Notes: generated by a model from the sequence alone, not told the origin. A DNA stretch of 64,000 nucleotides from Octopus sinensis (GCF_006345805.1 NC_043002.1:88102001-88166000); one strand, 5' to 3'; counted from the first letter of the stretch, positions 1 to 13,068 are shown. A program made the numbers and translations.

Positions 1-297
1 ATTAAATAAGTACCAGTTACGCATTGGGGTCGATATAACCAACTTAGTCCGTTTGTCTGTCCTTGTTTGTCCTCTCTGTATTTAGCCCCTTGTGGGTAGT
101 AAAGAAATAGGTATTTCGTCTGCCGCTACGTTCTGAGTTCAAATTCCGCCGAGGTCGACTTTGCCTTTCATCCTTTTGGGGTCAATTAAATAAGTACCAG
201 TTACGCAATGGGGTCGATATAATCGACTTAATCCGTTTATCTGTCCTTATTTGTCCTCTCTGTGTTTAGCCCCTTGTGGGTAGTAAAGAAATAGGTG
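1..297 (+). mobile_element. Head-to-tail array of tRNA-derived SINE (family 1) monomers, 185-bp unit
   Basis: Box-B-like GAGTTCAAATTCC; core gcctttcatcctttyggggtc..taagtaccag; junction aaagaaatag|gtatttcgtc. Confidence 0.85.
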
Positions 298-429
298 TGT
301 GGTTCATTGCCAAATAGTGGGATAGCCTTTTCAGAAGACGCAGCTAATGATTGTCTGAGTAGCAACAGTAACAATACTGTTCCACATTTGTTAGCAATAT
401 TCTCATGTAAGTCTTAGAGGTTTAGCAAT

Positions 430-623
430 TGATTAAAAGGTAAAGAGAAAGAGGAAGAGGCCGACCAAGAACCCGCTCGCTTGACACCATCAAGAGTGAT
501 ACCGGAATGGACATAGCCAATCTGAAAGAAGCGGCCCAGGATAGAACTGACTGGAGGACACTGATCCAATGAGTGACCGAGAGTCGACTTCGACTGAGCG
601 GTTAAAAAGAAGAAGAAGAAGAA
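430..623 (+). mobile_element. 3' end of a BovB-type RTE LINE with (AAG)n tail
   Basis: Translates RGRGRPRTRSLDTIKSDTGMDIANLKEAAQDRTDWRTLIQ*VTESRLRLSG*, then aagaagaagaag. Confidence 0.75.
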
Positions 624-958
624 AGGGTAAAGACTGCACTTCAGTCATGAATGACCATGATATTACACCTAGAAAGTTACCCTCCAAGGCACAAGTCTGG
701 GCAGGGTTGTTTATGGAAGACCAGCAGTCGCCCAAGCATACTACCCTCCCCTCTCCACGCCACTGATGTTATCCAAAGAAAAGGCAAAGGCCAATACAGC
801 TTGGTACCAGTCACAACTCATTTCTACAGCTGAGTGAACTGGAGCAATGTGAAATAAAGTGTCTTGATCAAGAACACAACACACAGCCCAGTCTGAGAAT
901 TGAACTCATTACTTCATGATTGTGAGCCCGAAGCTCTAACCGCTGACCCATGCACCTT
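624..958 (-). mobile_element. tRNA-derived SINE (family 5)
   Basis: Reverse complement of the copy at 27964-28305; contains gtgttcttgatcaagacactttatttcac. Confidence 0.75.
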
Positions 959-1227
959 CATGCAATTGAACAGGATGAATGTATTTTCTGGGCCTTTCAG
1001 TGCAGTTTTGTTAATGTTTTGTATCTGAAGTCTCTATGAAAGATCATTGATGGTTATAAGGCACTTATAGTAACTTTGAGACTAGTGAGATGGGGGGGAG
1101 GGGAATGACAAGTCTGTTTCTTAACCTGTATATTAATTGATATGTCATCTTGAAATGCAATTAAATTTCAATGGGTTGACTGCATACATTTCACTTTTCC
1201 AATTGTAATGTGTATATTTGTCCCATG

Positions 1228-1479
1228 TCAGTGACACATAAAAAGCACCATTCAAACGTGGTCATTGACAATACTGCCTGACTGGCCCCAGTGATACTGG
1301 CACATAAAAAGCACCCACTACACTCTCAGAGTGGTTGGTGTTAGGAAGGGCATCCAGCTGTAGAAACCTTGCCAGATCAGATGAGGCCTGGTGCAGCCTC
1401 CTGGCTTGCTAGTCTTCAGTCAAACTGTCCAACCCATGCCATGGAAAGCGGACGTTAAAAGATGATGATGATGATGATG
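1228..1479 (+). mobile_element. RTE 3'-UTR-derived fragment with (TGA)n tail
   Basis: Matches the 3' UTR of the RTE at 33205-33400. Confidence 0.8.
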
Positions 1480-2490
1480 TTAATATGAATACAATGAGAA
1501 GAAAAGGGGGAGAGAAAGAGATGCTTTCGAAAACAGTGACTGAATCTTGAATTATATAATTAAATTCCAATAGGCTGACCACATTGATACAATATAATTG
1601 AAAAGAAACCTCTCTCTTTGATTTCTCCAAAAAACAAAGTTTTTCATCTTCCAAACAAGACAAAACAACATCTGTTTTTCAATTTATATAAGAGAGGAAG
1701 AAACTTTGTTATATTATCTTAGTTTTATTATCTTGAAGAGTTTGGTTAAATGAATAAGAGTGCTAATAAAGAATTATCCAAAATTCTGACTGCCTCCTTC
1801 TTTTTGATATATACACACACTCACACAAACCCATATACACACATGAACACACACACACACACACGCTCACATACACACATACATATACACACACATGTGC
1901 ACACACACATGCACACACACACACACACACACACACTCACAAACATTCATATATTATATGAAATATAACTAAATAGAATCATAACTGGGAAATTGGTTTC
2001 AGTTATGTCTTGGTGACGATTCTATTCCTCAATAGATAGATACACACAGAGATGGAGGTGTGGCTGTGTAGTAAGTAGCCTGCTTCTCAGTCCCACTGTC
2101 CCAGGTTCAGTTCCACTCATCGCAAATATCTTCTACTACAGGCTCCAGCTGACCAGGGTGTTGAGAGTGAATATGGCAGACGAAAACTGAAAGAAGCCTG
2201 TCATATACAAATTACTCTTCAAAGCTATAAAGCCAGAGTACATTCTATTTTTTTCTGGTGAAATATAGCTACCCAAATCCATGAAACTCACCTCTGGATA
2301 AGAAATAGAAAAGCATTGCAAGATTGAAATTTATTGAAATTCAAAAATAAATTAGATAATAATTTTAAAAAAAACATACTGAGTCAGGAACTCTTTGTTC
2401 AAAACTATAACACCAGGTTGAATAATGTTGCAAAAATGATGCGAAACAGGGAAAATATGATATATTTCAATGATATTCTCATGCAATAAT

Positions 2491-2832
2491 CATCATCATC
2501 ATCGTTTAACATCCACTTTCCATGCTAGCATGGGTTGGACGTGTGACTGAGGGCTGACGAACCAGATGGCTGCACCAGGCTTCAATCTTGATCTGGCAGA
2601 GTTTCTACAGCTGGATGCCCTTCCTAATGCCAACCACTCTGAGAGTATAGTGGGTGCTTTTATGTGCCACCGGCACGGGGCCAGTCAGGCGGCACTGGCA
2701 ACGACCTCGCTCAAATCTTTTACACATGCCACTGGCACAGGTGCCAGTAAGGCGATGCTGGTAACGATCACACTCAAATGGTGTTTTTTATGTGCTTCCG
2801 GCACGGAGGCCAGATAGCCGCTCTGGCAACGA
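2491..2832 (-). mobile_element. RTE 3'-UTR-derived fragment
   Basis: (CAT)n tail, same sequence as 33205-33400, plus a few internal repeat units. Confidence 0.8.
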
Positions 2833-2840
2833 TCAACATA

Positions 2841-3827
2841 TCAACAATAGTGTGTTTGACCACCACCTTTCTTAATTACTTCAAAGACTTGTGATTTCCT
2901 GCTCCCAATCAACTTCTGCAGCAGCTCAAGTGGAAGCTCTTCCCCAGCCTTCTTTATTGCTGTTTCAAGTTCATCAACAGATGAATACTGCTTGCCTTCA
3001 CTGTACACAACATTCATGAGATATCCTCAGGCATTCTCTATAGGATTAAGGTCAAGACTTCTTGCTTGTCATGGCATGACTTCAGTTGCAGGGAGGACAT
3101 CCAAAGTTGCCTTTACTTTATGAATAGCAGCATTGTCCTGTTGAAATATGAAGTCCTCACCATGGAGCCTTCTTTCTTCATCAATGTGAGCCCCATCCAA
3201 CATATTGCTGTATCATGCAGCATTGAAAAGGGCTATCAATGATGATAAGTGGCAGCCTCCCATTGGCAGATATTGCTCCCCACACCATAAGACCTCCTTC
3301 GTTGTTCTGCCACTTGGAATAAGCAGAATTTTGTATACATTTATCTGCCCAGTAATACTTATAACCGTTGGAGCCATCCAAATTCCATTTTTTCTCGTCA
3401 GAGAAAAGAACCCTGGTCCATTCATCATCCCACATCTGATGTTGCTGAACAAACCCCTATCTAACAGCTTTGTGGAAAGAGGACAATAATGGACGACCTA
3501 GCTGCTTCTTCAGGTGGTTTTCATAGTTCAAAATCACTCTTCATACAGTGAATGTCTTATTCCTGCTGATGCCTTGAATTTGGAAACAGAAGAAGAGCAT
3601 GATTTCTTCACAGTTCTGACAATAGCCCTTTCATCCCTTTCTGATGTAGCCTTGGGACATCCAGCAGCATGAACCCTGTTGTAACCGTCAGCATCTTTCA
3701 GAAAATTGCCCACTGGCATCCTGCTTCACAAGATCTTCACAGCAATCTTCTGATTACTCATTCCATCCACTTTAAGTGCAAAGATCTTCCCTTGTTCAAT
3801 TTTGAAAAACTTTGTAGCTTTAGACAT
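2841..3827 (-). pseudogene. Tc1/Tc3-like DDE transposase pseudogene
   Basis: MSKATK...VLFSDEKKWNLDG...LMVWGAIS...FIFQQDNAAIH...DLNPIENA*...VIKKGGGQTHY; several stops and frameshifts. Confidence 0.9.
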
Positions 3828-4899
3828 ACAGGAAATGTAATCTGAATCGCAGAGAATACAATTCAGTCAAATATTTTCTGAAACAATCTAGAAAGAAAGG
3901 AAAGTGTATTAGTGGTTTTATAGTATTGAAGTATTGATATGCTAGAAAAAAATTGGGAAATCAGATGCTGTAATGTGATAATAATGGTACAAGGTTTACA
4001 TTTCAAAGTATTCATGAAATACTCATTTACAATATATTATACCCTCTAGTTCATTTAAATACAGAGCTAAATTTCTAAATAACTTTAAGAAATATATGGT
4101 TTTATAGTTTTGAATAGTTTATATATATATATATCAGAGGTGACTCCAGGTCATCAGCATCACTCAGGTTCATCACAGATTTCACATAAGTCATATGCCT
4201 GCTTGAAGAATTTCACATTTTTCCGCAATATTTCTAGCCCCAAGTGGCTTATTTTTTTATATCTGACACTACATATTTCTCCTTTTCTAAGTTAAGGGTA
4301 TATATAAATCAACCCTGCAAAATACAACTGATTTTTACACACAAACGCACAGAATAACAGCAATCGAATAATGACAGCTGAGTCCACAACAAACATCAGC
4401 TATCTGACTGTTGCCTGTCCTCTTGACAAGAGATGCCAGTTTTCATACCTACCGGGCTTGTTCATATTAGTTCGAGTTAGTGGGTAATTTTTCATTCCTT
4501 TAAGAATATTGTAGAACGGAAACTTTTTAGAGATTGCAAATTAAATCGTAACCTCTATAGAAATTTATTGTTTCAAGAAAACATTGAATTTGAGTTACTT
4601 TTAATTCTTACAATTATAGATAACATCTCAGGCTGTAACTTCTGAGCCCAAGTCAGGCACGTGTGAATGATGTCAAGAGAACGTCTGTTACAAATGATAT
4701 TTTTTGACACAGGGCATCTCTAAGATGACCGCCAGTTGTTGAACAAAAATGGCTCAATAAAAGAAGCCTGAGTTATTGACTGCAATTACATGTCAGTGTT
4801 GGCAGAAATTAAATCAGCTGGCAAATACATGTTCACTTTACTAAATTTATACTCGGACTAAGCACGAGCTGCCTGAGTGCCTAAGTTGCCACTGATATA

Positions 4900-6170
4900 C
4901 AGGGTGTATGGGTAAATTGTTACCATTTCATATATATTTAATTTTGCACATGTGCATTGCTTGCTTTTGATTTTGTCAGCTACACAGTATAGTAGGGTCA
5001 GTTAGGCACCATCCGTGAGAAAAACAGTACTATAACATAATTTGCTCTGCCAGAAATTTGGAAATGACATGCTGTACTGCTTGGCATTTGTGCTGGAAGC
5101 TCCAATACAAACATTTCAGAGTGTTTGGGTGTCAATCTGAGGACAGTGCAGAGGATTCGGAAAGAGTTGGATGAGTCTAATGGTGATCACGATGGTACAG
5201 CAGCTTGGAAAACTCAATATGATCGTTCTGATAAGAAAAGAACTCCTGAATTTGTTGGTGAGATCTAGGACATGATTGACAACAATCTCTCCAAGTCAAT
5301 CAGGTCCATCGCTTGGGACATGGGAGTGTCTGAGTTTCTTATCAGGCAGGTAGTGCATGAAGACATTTGGTATTCTTCATACAAGATGAGACAAGGCCAA
5401 TTTTTATCCCAAGCCATCAAGGACAAGAGGAAAGATGGCATTACGAAGTTTTTGAACAAATTCCAGTATCCCCTCCAACCGATCATGCTTTGGTTTTTCT
5501 CAGACAAGAAAAATTTCAGCCAGGATCAGATGGTGAACACACAGAACAACTGTTGGCTTGCTGTGTCCCCAAAACATGCACCAAGAGTAATAAAAAAAAA
5601 ACATCCAGTCAACATCATGGTGTTTAGAGTAATCACTAGTGATAGCTCCATTCATCTTTCCACACAACCCCAGACTCAACACAGAGGCCTACATCAAGTG
5701 CCTGGAGGAGATAGTGCTGCCCTGGGTCAAGAAGGTGGCTGCTGGAAGACCCTGTGTCTGGCAACAGGACCCTGCACCATGCCACACAGAAACGGTTGTC
5801 AGACAATTTCTGCAACCATATCATCCCTAACATCTGGCCACCTAACTCCCCAGACTGCAACCTGCTTGATTATTATGTGTGGGGCACAGTTGAACGAGAT
5901 ACCACGAAACTCCTTGTAACACCAAAGATGAACTGAAGCCAGGATTATGGTAGCATTCATCTACTTAAACAAGGAGACCGTCCAGAAGAGTTACAGGAGA
6001 TTCCGAAGTTGTCTGGAGACCGTGGTTGAAGCCAATGGCAATTTTATAGAATAAATTTACTCTTTAGTATGTCAAGATATTTTTATGTAATTTTAGTAAA
6101 TATATCTGTTAAAATGAAATGTAGATGTTATTTTCCTTTTTGTGTAATTTAAAAGACAATTTATTCACCG
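4900..6170 (+). mobile_element. maT/DD37D-like mariner-Tc1 element, degenerate transposase (~5030-6054)
   Basis: TA|CAGGGTG terminus at 4898-4906; WFFSDKKNF, WQQDPAPCH, WPPNSPDCNLLDYYVWG motifs; frameshifts. Confidence 0.85.
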
Positions 6171-6446
6171 AACAACGTGATGGAATATCCCATACTTTGG
6201 GATATCCCAGAAACAGCTGTAAGCCTTTGAATTTTTTTTTTCTAATAATAGTAATGTATATGATTTGAGATGTTTGCCTTGCTTAACGTTTGTTGTCCTC
6301 TTTAACAATTATATATCCACTATATGGGAAATCTGCAATGGTTCCATAACTACCATCTCAGCTATAACCTTGCAGCCCTAGTAATCCATTGCAGGACTTA
6401 CCTAGTGTACCTAATCGTTTACATCACCTGTGAACTAAACCCCCAT

Positions 6447-6483
<37 letters not shown>

Positions 6484-6515
6484 TTGAAGGTATTTGTGAA
6501 AAATTACTTAATATA

Positions 6516-6895
6516 CACTACCGTCAGAAATTAATTAGCACCCTTGATTTGCTCTTCACTCAAGGTATGTGCTGTCACCTAGTGGCCATATCTCGAACTA
6601 TTGCTTTGTTGCGAGTTCACTGTTGCACAGAACGATGACGTAACTTTGTTTGCAGAGCAGTTTGAGAGTCTACAGCCTTATGATGTTGACATAGCAGTGC
6701 AACAACAACTTGGAGTGCGGATGCAGACAAATCTTCCTTTGTTTAATAGATATAGGTAGCGCCTCGCAAGGACCGAAATCACACCATACTAAGTTTTCTC
6801 ATCGCGTAAGACGTTTTGAACAGCTCATAGGTTAATTGATTTAACCTATTTAATGTAGAAATTTGAGAAGTGCTAATTAATTTCTGACGCAAGTG
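6516..6895. mobile_element. Tc1-like MITE, 380 bp
   Basis: 26-bp TIRs cactaccgtcagaaattaattagcac / gtgctaattaatttctgacgcaagtg (2 mismatches), TA on both sides. Confidence 0.8.
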
Positions 6896-7285
6896 TAGTT
6901 TTAAAGTTTTAAGGTGACTTATTAAAAAAAAATTGTAAAATCTTGTGTGCGTGTGTGTGTTTGTTTGTTTGTTTGTTTGTGTATGTGTTTCTGTGTCTGT
7001 ACTTGCCCCGTCCCCCACTGCTTGACAACCTGTGTTGGTGTATTTAAGTCCCCGTAACTTAGCAGTTTGGCAAAGGTGATTCATTATGGACTCGCCCACA
7101 ATACAGAAAGGCAATGACTGGAATAAAAGTCAGGGTATATCCAAAAGAGTAGATCGACCCACTGTTCGTCTGATATCCTCCGTCAATTTAACCAGGCACC
7201 ACAAACCATCCAGTTACAAATATGACTCATGCTAAACTGCCTCCAACTTCACTAGATGGACTAACCAGGTTTGAAAGCACTACTG

Positions 7286-7736
7286 GAATGTTTTCGGTTT
7301 GAACGGCAGTTTTTTTTCTAGCGGTGTCATATGAAATCGTCACTCATAATTATGACCCTAGTATCAATCTATTGCATTTCAATCTGTTTTAGGGTTAGGG
7401 TTAGTTAGGGTTTGGGTTAGGGTTAGGATTAAGGGCGGAGGGAAGGGTATCTTTTTTTCTTCACAAATGTAAATAAACCCAATCTGTTTCTTAAACGAGG
7501 GACATATTCATACGGCACAGAATGTTTTTTTTTTACCCCAATAGACGTCAGTGATTGGTTGAAATGGCAGAAATTAAAGAAAAAAAACAACGAATATCTT
7601 ACAAACTATAGAATTTTCTCAATAAAGCCAAGAGAAAATTATGTTTAATAAACACATTCTACCAACATACGAAGTTTTAAATTTTTTAGTTACCTAGAAA
7701 TTATGTTAAAAACTGCCGTTCAAACCGAAAAGATCC
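7286..7736 (+). mobile_element. Non-autonomous TIR element with internal (TTAGGG)n
   Basis: ~29-bp TIRs (ttttcggtttgaacggcagttttt / aaaaactgccgttcaaaccgaaaagatcc); telomere-like block ~7389-7430. Confidence 0.85.
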
Positions 7737-8365
7737 CTATTTTGCTTGCGTGGACCCTCTAAAATCTTATGTAGACCCCATGCCAGCTTAATGTAAACTT
7801 TTATACTAAGACAAATAAAATTAAGAACAACAGCAAAAAATTCAGTGTGAAGTGGGCAAGTAACATTTCATGCATATATGTTGTATCATGCGGTCCACTC
7901 CCATTTGTAAATGTCCCATTTGACAAAATGTTGCCCATCCCTGGTCTAAACAATAACATATACGCATATTAATCCAGACGCGCGTGTGTGGGTGTTGGTA
8001 AATATCACTAAATATACGACAGATACTATAAAAGCAGTCAAATTAAAGGAAGATAACTCCTAAACTATTGTACGTAGTCTCCCTTTAAAATATGCTTTTT
8101 TTTTTTTGTCAATGATAAATTTAGGTTTTGTAGTTTGTGTTTGTGTTGCTTTTTAACCCCTTTCTAAATAAATATACGGAAATATATCATGTTTGAGTTA
8201 AAACTGGGAAGAAATGAAGTAGAAACATTCGAAAACTTTTCTTTTGAGAAATTTGTAAAATGAAGTTTCTGAAAACAAAAGTAATTTAAGAACGACAATA
8301 TTAAAATATATGGGAACTATGCAGTTACAATTTGCAGAAAGTGAAATGTAGCTAGCCGAATCGGT

Positions 8366-8914
8366 GAGTGCCGGACGCGAAATTTTTTCCCACGAGAGTT
8401 CCGGACCCCAGTAATGAACCCATTTGCATACAGCCAATCAGATCTCACCTTGACGTTGTTGTCAAGTTAACAAACACACTCTACCAAGTAAACTCAAGAC
8501 GAAGAACGGTGTTGTAAGTTGACCGATCGCCAAGTTATGCCTGGTTTTAGAAGGAGACAAGTAATTGGACAGATTTGCATCTATAGCTATTATCGGAATC
8601 TGTTAGGGCCCCATATGGGAAAAATGTGGGCAGAGGGTGATGTGCTAGCAACCCTCTCCTCTTACTGTTTTACAAAGTAAACAACAATACAAATAACTAC
8701 GCAGAGGCAGCGGTGGTCGAAACAAGAACAAGCATTATTAGAAGAGAAAAGAAGTATGTTCATTCCTTACCCAAGTGACCTTATCTTATCGCCCATCACT
8801 TGTTATGCGCTCATAAATTAGTTTGATAATCGAGCTCTGATTGGCTGTATCCAAATGAGTTTATAACTGGGGTCCAGGACTCTCGTGGGGGGAAAAAATT
8901 CGCGTGCCGGACAC
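8366..8914. repeat. Imperfect ~80-bp inverted repeat around a ~385-bp spacer (MITE-like)
   Basis: 8366-8446 pairs with 8832-8914; both arms carry CGCGAA and CAGCCAATCAG. Confidence 0.75.
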
Positions 8915-9383
8915 AGTACATGACAATATATTGTGAAATCTCTTTAAGTTCTTAGTTCACATCCCGCTAGAATCGACTGACTTTCATTATATCTGCATCC
9001 ATCAAAGTAATACTAGTCGAGAACTAAAGTCTCGGTAATCTGTTTACACTTTTTTCATCTCTAAGATGTTTTATATGAAAATTATGTCGACCTCAGTATC
9101 TTACTAGTTCTTTCTTTTATATACACCAGGATAATGAAATGTAAAGTTGACCGCGACTGTATTTGAACTCAAAAAGTAAAAAAGGTTCGTTACCTATATA
9201 CCACAAGCATTTTAATTAAAGCTCTAGTGATTCTGACAATCAGCTGTATCCGCTCCTTAAATGTTTGACTTTGATAATGATATGAAGAAGGTACGATTTA
9301 TGGCTAATTAAAATACCTTCGGTTGCGTGTTTTCTTTTATCCCATTACAGAAATTGTAGAAAGCGTCAAAAATGTAACGTAAC

Positions 9384-9777
9384 TTTTTTTTTTGGAAGCA
9401 CTCCGTCGGTTACGACGATGAGGGTTCCGGTTGATCCGAATCAAGAGAACAGCCTGCTCGTGAAATTAACGTGTAAGTGGCTGAGCACTCCACAGACACG
9501 TACACCCTTAACGTAGTTCACGGGGATATTCAGCGTGACACAGAGAGTGACAAGGCCGGCCCTTTGAAATACAGGTACAACAGAAACAGGAAGTAAGAGT
9601 GAGAGAAAGTTGTGGTGAAAGAGTACAGCAGGGATCACCACCATCCCCTGCCGGAGCCTCGTGGAGCTTTTAGGTGTTTTCGCTCAATAAACACTCACAA
9701 CGCCCGGTCTGGGAATCGAAACCTCGATCCTATAACCGCGAGTCCGCTGCCCTAACCAATGGGCCATTGCGCCTCCA
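9384..9777 (-). mobile_element. tRNA-derived SINE (family 3), full length with TSD
   Basis: Box A/B-like head on the minus strand, A10 tail, TSD gtaacgtaac at 9374-9383 and 9779-9788. Confidence 0.85.
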
Positions 9778-10043
9778 CGTAACGTAACACTATTCAATAG
9801 AACTAAGTAAACGTGCAGAGGATAAGTAGGACTGAAAGTTCTGTTCAATAAAGAGAGCTGATTATTCGGGTAGTTCCTAAGCTAATTAGTAATTTAATTT
9901 CGATTTTAACCAAAACTTAAAAGCTTTCAAGAATGAACTACATTAGCAGTCTTCTTGGAACTTACAAACAATTAATATCTTCTAAAGGCATGCGATCTGA
10001 TTCTTGGACTCTGATCTAGGAGGCAGTAAATTAATAAAATCGT

Positions 10044-11005
10044 AAGGCGGCGAGCTGGCAGAAACGTTAGCACACCGAGCGAAATGCTTTGTGGTATTTC
10101 GTCTGTCTTTACGTTCTGTGTTCAAATTCCGCCGAGGTTGACTTTGCCTTTCATCCTTTCGGGGTCGATAAATAAAGTACCAGTTACGCACTGGGGTTGA
10201 TATAATCGACTTAATCCGTTTGTCTGTCCTTGTTTGTCCCTTCTGTGTTTAGCCCCTTGTGGGTAGTAAAAAAATGGGTATTTCGTCTGTCGTTCCGTTC
10301 TGAGTTCAAATTCCGCTGCGGTCAACTTTGCCTTCCATCCTTTCGGGGTCGATAAATTAAGTACCAGTTACGCACTGGAGTAGATGTAATCGATTTAATC
10401 CCTTTGTTTGTCCCCTCTATGTTTAGCTCATTGTGGGCAATAAAGAAATAAGAAACGTTAAAGGCGGCGAGCTGGCAGAAACGTTAGCACGTCGGGCGAA
10501 ATGCTAAGCGGTATTTCGTCTGTCGTTACGTAGTGAGTTCAAATTCCGCCGAGGTCGACTTTGCCTTTCATCCTTTCGGGGTCGATTAAATAAGTACCAG
10601 TTACGCAATGGGGTCGATGTAATCGACTTAATCCGTTTGTCTGTCCTTGTTTGTTCCCTTTTTGTTTAGCCCCTTGTGGGTAGTAAAAAAATAGGTATTT
10701 CGTCTGTCGCTACATTCTCAGTTCAAATTCCGCCGAGGTTGACTTTGCCTTTCATCCTGTTGGGAGTCGATAAATTAAGTACCAGTTACGCACTGGGTTC
10801 GATGTAATCGACTTAATTCCTTTGTCTGTCCTTGTTTGTCCTCTCTTTGTTTAGCCCCTTGTGGGTAGTGAAGAAATAGGTATTTTGTCTGTCTTTACGT
10901 TCTGAGTTCAAATTCCGCCGAAGTCGACTTTGCTTTTCATCCTTTCGGGGTCGATAAATTAAGTACCAGTTACGTACTGGGGTCGGTCTAATCGACTGGA
11001 CCCCC
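10044..11005 (+). mobile_element. Cluster of five SINE family-1 units (two full heads, three headless monomers)
   Basis: Heads at 10044 and 10461; headless units start at 10278, 10695 and 10880. Confidence 0.9.
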
Positions 11006-13068
11006 TCTTACAGAGTCGGTAAATAATGAACTAGTCTGGGGCAGTGGGTTAGTGAAATTGTTAGGGCGTCGGAATATATGCCTTGCGGTATTCACCCTTG
11101 GCGTTTTGCGTTCTCAAGTGGTTTAGTTAATCCATTGTCTGGGTTAACAACACTACATGGTCCTTGAGTGCCTTTAATGGAATTTAATATCTTGCTAGCA
11201 TTCGAGCCAGGTCTCGAGTTTGAGAATAACTTTCTCCCATCAGGACTCTGAAAAACAGGGGTCAGAGGAACTAACATTTCCGCTCTGATTTTGTAAAGAC
11301 TTCTGCTGGTCAAATTTGATCATAAAACTATACTTATATGTGCAGGCCTGAGCAATAAATTTTAATGGAGACTGGTAGTTGCTCAAACATGTAAGCCTCT
11401 CCCGTTTCACTTCATAAATGTTATCAAAAGGGTAAAAGGTCTCCGATTTGAGTTGATACAACCTGAAATCAGTGTTATTGCAGGTGTTGCTCTCAGAATG
11501 CAAAAAGCCTAAAGAGATACCCTAAAGCATCTTGCCCAACCATTTTGCAGTTCGACCAGGCTATCTTTCAGGACTGATACTTTTTTATCGCCCTTGAAAG
11601 GATCAAAAGACAAAGTTGATCTCAGTAGGTTTTGAACTGAGAACACAGAGAATCAGAAGAAATATCGCTGGGCATTTTATCCACCAATGTACCTACACTT
11701 CAAATTCGTTACCTTCTCTCTGAAAAAACGGCACAAAAAGAAAAGAAAAGAAAATATGTGCACACATTTTGGTTAAGTTGTGGAGAAGAAGAGTTTTAAA
11801 TTGAATATATGTAAAGAGCCAAAAGTCTCTACGATAGTTTATGAAGTAGAAATACGTGCACACATTGCACTGATCGATATAAGATCCCTAATTCCTTGAA
11901 AGGTATTGATGAGTGACTTCCTTCGTGTGTTTTGCGTTCTTCTTTGCTTGTACTCCTGCGGAAAGTTACAGGTAAACAACTTGAAGTTGGGGGCTTATGG
12001 GACTTTAATGCACAAAGGCGGTGAAGGGAGACATACTTAAAATTATGGTTTTCGTTACTTTGTTACAAATTTAAGTGATATACCGTGTGTGGTTAGGGTT
12101 CTGATAGGTGAGTTGAATCTCCTAAAACAAGCAGTTCATTGCCCAGAGCCCGTTGAAAATTTTAGGCCACGTTTTCTTGTCTTTTTTCCTGTTGGAATAT
12201 CTAACGTAGTTCCTTGACAGAGATGTTTATTCTCATATGGATTTGTTAAAGACCCATTCCGTCTGTTCCAGCTGACAACACGTAGAGTTCTAGTTAGAAG
12301 CTCTCAGTACATTCGCACCAGCTCACGTACCAGAATCTCTGTAGTCATCATATAGATAAGAGGTTTGTATTTTATGACAAGATAACCCTTCTTATGAAGT
12401 ATTATGGCGACGTTGGGATTGCGCATTTCCTAGTAACATTATCTTGGCTGCAAATGATGTAGATCTAGCGTTAAAAGGAACCCAAAACAACAAAAGTACC
12501 CTCCTAGCTTCAAGAAGTTACTGGAATTCTATCCTGTCCGAAACCTTTTAAAAACAATACTGATTGCTTTTCACTAGCTTTTACATTCCAAAACTCACAA
12601 GGCGGCAGTTCAGAGGTTGATAGGTGCTGGAACATATCTACTGGGATGAATCTGTATCTCTGGATTAACTGTTACTCTGGGATCACTTATCAAGTCAGTT
12701 TAAGCCCGCGTAGGGGTACTCAATTAAAATGTGCGGACATGGGAAGGCCTGTCAGGTGTCCTGGCAAGACAAGGATTCTGTACTCGTAGGCGAGACTTAC
12801 TTACAAGGTTACCTTCTGGTTGACCAGTTGGAGGGTCCTATATGCATGAGAATTCAAGTGTAAAGTGATATTTACTAGTAACAACTACTCTAAAATGCAT
12901 CTACATCAAACTGAAAATGCACACATTTACAAACACACACAACACACACACATACATATTCATTACCTATCTGCATATACACATAGAGGAATAGACAACT
13001 CCATACATATACTTTTTCACTGAGCTTTGAAATTTTATGTCAGAAATTTATGTAAATTCCAATATATT

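Noticed and set aside
7389-7430. True telomere or chromosome-fusion site
   Set aside because: TTAGGG blocks are short, degenerate and always inside the same TIR element.
9700-9777. tRNA genes (box A/B motifs here and in other SINE heads)
   Set aside because: No complete cloverleaf; heads continue into SINE bodies and tails.
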